A stretch of DNA of 64,000 nucleotides from Octopus bimaculoides (taxonomy: Eukaryota): the NCBI RefSeq assembly GCF_001194135.2, contig NC_068990.1, positions 88,489,180-88,553,179 of the forward strand, read 5' to 3'. This document shows positions 62,401 through 64,000 of this stretch, in pieces (positions within the stretch are counted from its first letter, which is position 1; every line of letters starts with the position of its first letter). The notes beneath the pieces are model-generated. The model made no database searches, was not told the DNA's origin, and saw only the letters and a program-made list of their open reading frames with translations. The translations under genes were made by a program, and so were the position numbers.

Positions 62401-64000
62401 TTGCCTACGTATTTTTGTTTAATTATTTTGTCAAATATTTTTGTCAGGGGAAGAATAGTTGAATCCATGACAATTTCCATTGTATTTGTGGCTGGTTTGA
62501 GGGAGAGCGAAAGCTAAGCTCAGACCAGATAACTTCCCAAACATTTGTGACAGAGTGAACTTCATTGAAACTATCCAAGGATCAGGTAATGGTATTAATT
62601 TTGGTGATGGATTAAACACGCCAGCCAAGAACAGCAAATGAGGAATCTTGTTCTCTCCAGCAGGCTTCTACTAGTTTCTGACCATTATATTTCATTCGCA
62701 AGGCTTAGTTGTAAAGTAGATATTTAGCCATGCTACCACAAGTCCAGACAGTACCACATTAAGTTAATTTTTTTTCTACATTTACCTTTGTTCTTTATAC
62801 ATTAGAAATTATTATTGTTGTTGTTGTTTTTGTTGTCTGCATTTTTGCATTTGTCTCAATTTTACTTTAATTCCAGTTACTAAGCTCCATTTTGTGAAAG
62901 TAAAAGGTGCAGTTCTTGATACACCTAAGAAAACCTTGTGGGATAAGAAAAATGTAACAGCAGATGCGTGTGCACAAAAATGTCTATTTTATGCAGATTG
63001 TTTAATGTTTGAAATAGACAAAGGAAGTAGAACATGTTACTTCTCAAAGCAAAGTGCAGCTTCCTCCAAGAAATTAAAACCAATGAAAGGCAGAGATTAC
63101 TACCAACGAATAAAATGTAATTATTCTACGTGTTTCTCTTTACCTCTTTTTCTGAAATCTGTGATTTCATTTGTACTTCATAGTGTACAGAAAACCACTT
63201 CTGCAAAGACAGACAGGTTTATCTATAAGGACAGACATAAGTATATTCCAGAAATAAGCAACTTTACGAACTGTAATAACAGCCATTATTCATTTTGAAC
63301 ATTTTAAGCATGTTTTCAGTTGCTTCTTTCTCTGTGTGTAAGCAAGGAAATTCTTGTTATTTTACTTAAACCTGAGTAGTAGTAGTAGTAGTAGTAAGTA
63401 GTAAGTAGTAGTAGAGCTGGCTCAAGACAAACACCATGTCCATGGTGTTTTGGTTTGTTCTAAAACAACAGTAGTTCTCAGAGAGATGATCCACAGCAAT
63501 GGTCAATATATAAAACCACTCCATAATGAGTAGTATTCAGGCCAGGATCTTTCGTGTGATGGCAGGGTAATGCCTCTGTGATTGGAGCTTTGTAACTTTT
63601 TTCCTTATTCTTATAAAGAGTGATGTTGACTGCATTTTTGATGTCTGGAGGAAGTATACCATGCTCCCAGAATTATTCAAAAATAGGTTGTCCTTTTAAA
63701 ACTAATTATGCATCAGATGCTATATGACATTTAATGTGTCTGAGTATGAAATGTATTCCTTGTTTTCTTCCTTTTTCCTTTCTAGCGCATGATGAGATTT
63801 TACCAATTAAAAGCACTTCCATACCTGGGCAGGATACTTTTGGACAGCTGGAAAACGTGAGCTTAAAGGAGTGTGATAAAGTTTGTCATCAAACTCCAGG
63901 ATGTAAATCTTATGAGTATAAGGAAAAAGCTAAGACCTGTGATCGAAGTAATGCAACTCACTTGACACATGACCTTGAGCCCAATAAAGAGGGTTGGGAT
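9..64000 (+). CDS. Partial multi-exon gene for a giant tandem PAN/Apple-PAN/Apple-Sushi(CCP) repeat protein (37 exons, about 2,600 aa in window, open at both ends)
   Basis: Order B1 C1 A1 B2 C2 C2b A2 B3 C3 A3 B4 C4 A4 B5 C5 A5 B6 C6 C6b A6 B7 C7 A7 B8 C8 A8 B9 C9 A9 B10 C10 C10b A10 B11 C11 A11 B12. Exon lengths are multiples of 3, all phase 1, with no stops in exons or junction codons. No ATG/signal exon, TM exon or terminal exon seen. Confidence 0.9.
406..760. repeat. Long fold-back inverted repeat with a hammerhead-like core at its centre
   Basis: Left arm tatattatttaaaagagttccaactctg...aaggactagtatactttcctg is mirrored by caggaaagtatactagtcctt...cagagttggaactcttttaaataatata. Confidence 0.85.
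780..1200 (-). mobile_element. RTE-type LINE 3' fragment
   Basis: Minus ORF ending ICNVCSHVCLSRVGLISHQQSC resembles the C-terminal CxxC...H...C motif of RTE-clade ORFs. Confidence 0.65.
1224..1394 (+). CDS. Exon C1, Sushi/CCP domain
   Basis: ttctag|TT...GAAG|gtaacg; 171 nt; LAKVNCGTPKEVVGASKFYSTTKYKSEVIYICPGDETLKSVCGKDNKWTSVAPICE. An in-frame alternative AG lies at 1228-1229. Confidence 0.88.
2294..2533 (+). CDS. Exon A1, PAN/Apple domain
   Basis: tctag|AT...AAAC|gtaaat; 240 nt; NVTAETCIEKCLSDKTCLSFELTKESGKCY...RDYYQRIK. Confidence 0.9.
3643..3876 (+). CDS. Exon B2, PAN/Apple domain
   Basis: ttccag|CC...CCAG|gtcagt; 234 nt; LKKCNKACHQYPGCNSYAYDEKKHIC. Confidence 0.9.
4135..4980 (-). mobile_element. 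RTE-like retroelement 3' end with (GAT)n tail
   Basis: (cat)n tail followed by the same 3' UTR seen at 13548, 21749, 34413 and 61500. Confidence 0.8.
5330..6170 (-). mobile_element. Degenerate RTE-like reverse transcriptase fragment
   Basis: Broken minus-strand reading includes LFSIFLTMML, similar to the RTE RT core; many stops. Confidence 0.55.
6711..6881 (+). CDS. Exon C2, Sushi/CCP domain
   Basis: ttcag|CT...AAAG|gtaatg; 171 nt; YTKVNCGPPNDV...YSCPKGEKLKSICNKDNKWSPVAPVCK. Confidence 0.9.
7385..8170 (+). mobile_element. Penelope-like relic: inverted terminal-repeat pair plus ORF N-terminal fragment
   Basis: 7385-7460 is an inverted copy of 7590-7675, and the same repeat follows the Penelope ORF at 12250-12385. 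The Lys/Gln-rich ORF 7936-8178 follows. Confidence 0.45.
8170..8575 (-). mobile_element. LINE fragment directly upstream of exon C2b
   Basis: Minus ORF GTQCKLWTHKRCSEITGRL...FVCDRCAG; homologous pieces at 32790-33115, 41935-42165 and 55990-56545. Confidence 0.65.
8623..8793 (+). CDS. Exon C2b, second consecutive Sushi/CCP domain
   Basis: tttcag|TT...AATG|gtaatg; 171 nt; YAHINCGPPKEV...YTCPKGEQLKSTCERGSRWTYVVSACN. Confidence 0.88.
10283..10522 (+). CDS. Exon A2, PAN/Apple domain
   Basis: ttccag|TT...GACC|gtaatt; 240 nt; NVTAEACAEKCLTDKTCLSFEINKDNEKCY. Confidence 0.9.
10570..12390 (+). mobile_element. Penelope-like retroelement, 5'-truncated (RT C-terminal part plus GIY-YIG endonuclease)
   Basis: GAGIG...LFM...LLYSRYVNNI (RYVDD-like RT motif, mutated) then NCRTRNVVYSIRC...YTGETSGTIVERLNEH (GIY-YIG); one stop and a terminal frameshift. 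Confidence 0.85.
13004..13237 (+). CDS. Exon B3, PAN/Apple domain
   Basis: atccag|CC...CCAG|gtcagt; 234 nt; DGCQEACYLYSDCSSYSFNIKAKVC. Confidence 0.9.
13290..13545. repeat. Compound microsatellite (CTAT/CTGT/CT/AT)
   Basis: Runs read directly from the sequence. Confidence 0.9.
13548..13945 (+). mobile_element. Young RTE-like 3' UTR copy with (GAT)n tail
   Basis: Near-identical to 61495-61955; internal sub-repeats gttgccagtgcccctggactgg. Confidence 0.85.
15558..16130 (-). mobile_element. Mariner transposase 3' relic
   Basis: Minus ORF DFHLFP...FQKWLKHWDQCIAAQGDYF (mariner C-terminus); end ggtggtatcaaaa shared with the 45177 copy. Confidence 0.8.
16374..16544 (+). CDS. Exon C3, Sushi/CCP domain
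   Basis: tttcag|CT...AGAG|gtaatg; 171 nt; HRKINCGPPKDI...YTCPGGETLESVCKEDNKWTAVASDCR. Confidence 0.9.
17407..17643 (+). CDS. Exon A3, PAN/Apple domain
   Basis: ttctag|AT...AGAC|gtaatt; 237 nt (one codon shorter, in frame); EDCANECLSDETCFSFEISRGSGKCY. Confidence 0.9.
18146..18379 (+). CDS. Exon B4, PAN/Apple domain
   Basis: atctag|CT...CCAA|gtcagt; 234 nt; KECHQACHQTPGCNSYEYNERAQIC. Confidence 0.9.
18465..19330 (-). mobile_element. Tc1/mariner (DD37D-like) transposon relic
   Basis: TA|CAGGGTG terminus; minus ORF VWQQDSAPC...WPPNSQECNPLDYYVWG; other end not found. Confidence 0.8.
20060..20230 (+). CDS. Exon C4, Sushi/CCP domain (absent from ORF track)
   Basis: ttccag|TT...AAAG|gtaatg; 171 nt; KANINCGLPKEVVGAVKFYKTTTYKSEVTYTCPKGEQLKSTCEKNNKWSPMVETCK. 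Confidence 0.9.
21749..21921 (+). mobile_element. Short young RTE-like 3' end with (GAT)n tail
   Basis: Almost identical to 13777-13945. Confidence 0.85.
22431..22670 (+). CDS. Exon A4, PAN/Apple domain
   Basis: actcaag|AT (AAG acceptor)...AAAC|gtaatt; 240 nt; EACGEKCMSDETCLSFEIIKESGKCY. Confidence 0.85.
23170..23700 (-). mobile_element. Old CR1/L2-like LINE 3' fragment
   Basis: Heavily broken minus-strand reading resembling a CR1-type RT C-terminus. Confidence 0.4.
24198..24305. repeat. 29-bp minisatellite, about 3.7 copies
   Basis: Unit cttgtcctgtacttttccaagtgtaataa, head-to-tail with no spacers. Confidence 0.9.
24440..24673 (+). CDS. Exon B5, PAN/Apple domain
   Basis: ttctag|CC...CCAG|gtcagt; 234 nt; NECNKACYQSRRCNSYQYNQEDKTC. 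Confidence 0.9.
25479..25649 (+). CDS. Exon C5, Sushi/CCP domain
   Basis: tttcag|CT...AAAG|gtaata; 171 nt; FKNINCGPPKRV...YTCPGGNELKATCKEDNQWVPKVSSCK. Confidence 0.9.
27121..27360 (+). CDS. Exon A5, PAN/Apple domain
   Basis: ttacag|TT...AACC|gtaatt; 240 nt; DMCAEKCLSDITCLSFEITEENGKCY. Confidence 0.9.
27828..28061 (+). CDS. Exon B6, PAN/Apple domain
   Basis: ttccag|TC...ACAG|gtcagt; 234 nt; MQCYQACHKTLRCNSFEYNERSKLC. Confidence 0.9.
28340..28861 (+). mobile_element. Candidate solo LTR (GC-rich insertion; internal part duplicated by assembly)
   Basis: Starts TGTAG, ends CTTATA, flanked by a taat direct repeat; AATAAA at 28742; absent from the paralogous intron near 53455-53540. Confidence 0.5.
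29045..29900 (-). mobile_element. Tigger/pogo-like DDE transposase relic
   Basis: TFLAGEEVTTPGYKAPKNRLTLLLGGNA...KLKPMLIYRTMNPRALK is Tigger-type; C-terminal EEHSEELTTDEL and QFVDKYHP segments. Confidence 0.85.
30330..30545 (-). mobile_element. Dispersed SINE-like element
   Basis: Reverse complement of the element at 50636-50850 (gactggtacttaatttattgacc...gatgaaaggcaaa); further minus copies near 26215-26410 and 32340-32530. Confidence 0.7.
31150..31365 (+). mobile_element. RLE-type (R4/Dong-like) LINE C-terminal fragment
   Basis: RNLQIQYP...FIPTIIGATG...LQMIAIAGTIEIC resembles the tail of restriction-like endonuclease LINEs. Confidence 0.5.
31557..31727 (+). CDS. Exon C6, Sushi/CCP domain
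   Basis: ttctag|GT...GAAG|gtaatg; 171 nt; FQKIDCGPPKDV...YNCPRGGVFKSMCEKDKKWTPVPPTCE. Confidence 0.9.
33165..33335 (+). CDS. Exon C6b, second consecutive Sushi/CCP domain
   Basis: tttcag|CC...AAAG|gtaatg; 171 nt; YADIDCGTPKEV...YTCPKGEQLKSICETNNKWTPVAKTCK. Confidence 0.9.
34413..34615 (-). mobile_element. Short young RTE-like 3' end
   Basis: (cat)n then the reverse complement of 13760-13940. Confidence 0.85.
35423..35662 (+). CDS. Exon A6, PAN/Apple domain
   Basis: ctctag|AT...AAAC|gtaatt; 240 nt; EACARKCLIDERCLSFEMSKKNRKCY. Confidence 0.9.
35990..36620 (+). mobile_element. Old RTE-like LINE fragment
   Basis: Broken KAKARSAF-like RT C-terminal reading; related piece at 44980-45175. Confidence 0.5.
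37278..37511 (+). CDS. Exon B7, PAN/Apple domain
   Basis: ttgcag|CC...CCAG|gtcagt; 234 nt; QECNETCYQNSVCSSYEYNKKAKLC. Confidence 0.9.
38465..38635 (+). CDS. Exon C7, Sushi/CCP domain
   Basis: ttccag|CT...AAAG|gtaatg; 171 nt; YTKVDCGQPKDI...YTCQEGEKLKSVCKEDHKWTPVVSSCK. Confidence 0.9.
39020..39950 (+). mobile_element. Tx1/L1-like LINE fragment
   Basis: KWAERKLSLKSQAEVASAYIVPIIYY resembles the Tx1/L1 post-RT region; degenerate. Confidence 0.5.
40456..40695 (+). CDS. Exon A7, PAN/Apple domain
   Basis: ttccag|TT...AGAC|gtaatt; 240 nt; DACAQKCLSYKNCLSFDINKVSGDCY. Confidence 0.9.
41581..41814 (+). CDS. Exon B8, PAN/Apple domain
   Basis: ttccag|CT...CCAG|gtaggt; 234 nt; KECEKACYQIPRCKSYEYNVRAKIC. 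Confidence 0.9.
42437..42725 (-). mobile_element. RTE-like RT fragment joined directly to a (GAT)n 3' tail
   Basis: MAFVDMEKAFDRV...FNVQVGVHKGSVL (RT motifs). Confidence 0.8.
42890..43060 (+). CDS. Exon C8, Sushi/CCP domain
   Basis: tttcag|CT...AATG|gtaacg; 171 nt; FSNVDCGLPKDV...YTCPEGNQLKSTCEKHKIWSQVTPTCN. Confidence 0.9.
44261..44500 (+). CDS. Exon A8, PAN/Apple domain
   Basis: ctctag|AT...AAAC|gtaatt; 240 nt; EACAEKCLSDKKCLAFEINKEKGKCY. Confidence 0.9.
45177..45715 (-). mobile_element. Mariner 3' relic, same family as 15558
   Basis: Shared end ggtggtatcaa...ttcc.ggactag.tatgtttaataaaaa and colinear body. Confidence 0.75.
46277..46510 (+). CDS. Exon B9, PAN/Apple domain
   Basis: ttccag|CC...CCAG|gtcagt; 234 nt; KQCGKACGHYAGCNSYQYNEKAKLC. 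Confidence 0.9.
46691..47180. repeat. Inverted repeat, about 88-bp arms and about 310-bp spacer
   Basis: 46691-46779 and 47093-47180 are reverse complements with an identical core of about 68 nt. Confidence 0.85.
48084..48146 (+). ncRNA. Candidate type I hammerhead ribozyme
   Basis: taataa-CTGATGA-gga...tct-GAAAC-tctga-GTA-ttatta: 6-bp stem I, intact core, GUA cleavage triplet. Confidence 0.6.
48311..48478 (+). CDS. Exon C9, Sushi/CCP domain
   Basis: ttacag|TT...AAAG|gtaatg; 168 nt; VSKVDCGPPKDI...YICREGEELKAVCKEDKKWAPEVSCK. Confidence 0.9.
50094..50333 (+). CDS. Exon A9, PAN/Apple domain
   Basis: atccag|TT...AATC|gtaatt; 240 nt; EVCAEKCLSEKICLSFEINKENGNCY. Confidence 0.9.
50636..50850 (+). 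mobile_element. Relatively young SINE-like element
   Basis: gccgaggtcgactttgcctttcatcc...aataaattaagtaccagtt; degenerate homologs precede the A exons. Confidence 0.7.
50866..51180 (+). mobile_element. Possible non-autonomous Helitron-like element 5' part
   Basis: tctatatatata...gtgtgtctgtg...ccaatttcattcaaattt start; 3' end lost in the N gap. Confidence 0.3.
52654..52887 (+). CDS. Exon B10, PAN/Apple domain
   Basis: ccctag|CC...CCAG|gtcagt; 234 nt; AECDEACYELAECKSYEYNEKTKLC. Confidence 0.9.
53195..53432. repeat. Fold-back element with two degenerate hammerhead motifs
   Basis: Arms ttacattatttacatttga... and ...tcaaatgtaaataatgtaa around gaaatttcga-gcaggt-tcgaaatttc. Confidence 0.8.
54265..54432 (+). 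CDS. Exon C10, Sushi/CCP domain
   Basis: ttccag|TT...GAAG|gtaatg; 168 nt; LAKINCGPPNDV...YTCPGGRKLKSACKRDTKWTSVAPCE. Confidence 0.9.
54925..55455 (+). mobile_element. Older RTE-like 3' UTR copy
   Basis: Degenerate match to 13548-13945 ending gttaaacgatgatgat. Confidence 0.65.
56593..56763 (+). CDS. Exon C10b, second consecutive Sushi/CCP domain
   Basis: tttcag|CC...AAAG|gtattg; 171 nt; YADIDCGNPKDI...YTCPEGGQLKSTCETNNKWTLVAESCK. Confidence 0.9.
57808..58047 (+). CDS. Exon A10, PAN/Apple domain
   Basis: ctatag|AT...AAAC|gtaatt; 240 nt; EDCAEKCLSDKTCLSFEITKESGKCY. Confidence 0.9.
58480..59250 (-). mobile_element. RLE-type (R4/Dong-like) LINE 3' fragment
   Basis: Minus reading has a GETVWHITSQC zinc-knuckle piece and IVIACPAD...LGKVSKNL...LQKTALLGT; (TAA)n tail. 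Confidence 0.7.
60079..60309 (+). CDS. Exon B11, PAN/Apple domain
   Basis: ttccag|AC...CCAG|gtcagt; 231 nt; KECNETCYQYEGCNTFLYNEQDTLC. Confidence 0.9.
61224..61955 (+). mobile_element. Young RTE LINE 3' end (ORF C-terminus, 3' UTR, (GAT)n tail)
   Basis: ERRLRWYGHVVRM...GRGRPRKTW...DRDLWK-stop is a typical RTE C-terminus; internal N gap. Confidence 0.88.
62205..62375 (+). CDS. Exon C11, Sushi/CCP domain
   Basis: ttctag|AT...AAAG|gtaaat; 171 nt; ITRVECGPPKDV...YTCPGKEILKSLCKENSKWTPVASNCK. Confidence 0.9.
62877..63116 (+). CDS. Exon A11, PAN/Apple domain
   Basis: ttccag|TT...AAAT|gtaatt; 240 nt; DACAQKCLFYADCLMFEIDKGSRTCY. Confidence 0.9.
63786..64000 (+). CDS. Exon B12, PAN/Apple domain (cut by window end)
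   Basis: ttctag|CG; HDEILPIKSTSIPGQDTFGQLENVSLKECDKVCHQTPGCKSYEYKEKAKTCDRSNATHLTHDLEPNKEGWD. Confidence 0.88.

Noticed and set aside
9-64000. Reading the array as a cluster of separate small genes
   Set aside because: No recurring first exon, terminal exon or poly(A) signal between units, and splice phases chain continuously through all 37 exons.

Overview
AT-rich eukaryotic (animal) genomic DNA. The repeat content (RTE elements with (GAT)n tails, a dispersed SINE, Penelope-like, mariner and Tigger relics, dense microsatellites) looks like an Octopus/coleoid genome; that assignment is inference. The whole window lies inside one large + strand gene with neither start nor end visible. I resolve 37 coding exons of three kinds: PAN/Apple type A (11), PAN/Apple type B (12, the last cut by the window edge) and Sushi/CCP type C (14). 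They repeat as A-B-C, with a doubled C in every fourth unit. Every exon I read has AG/GT boundaries (last donor outside the window), is phase 1-1 and is free of stops, giving about 2,600 aa of a [PAN-PAN-CCP]n extracellular protein whose architecture I do not recognise. The introns hold transposon relics, long inverted repeats, a candidate solo LTR and several hammerhead-ribozyme-like motifs, one with an intact core on the sense strand.
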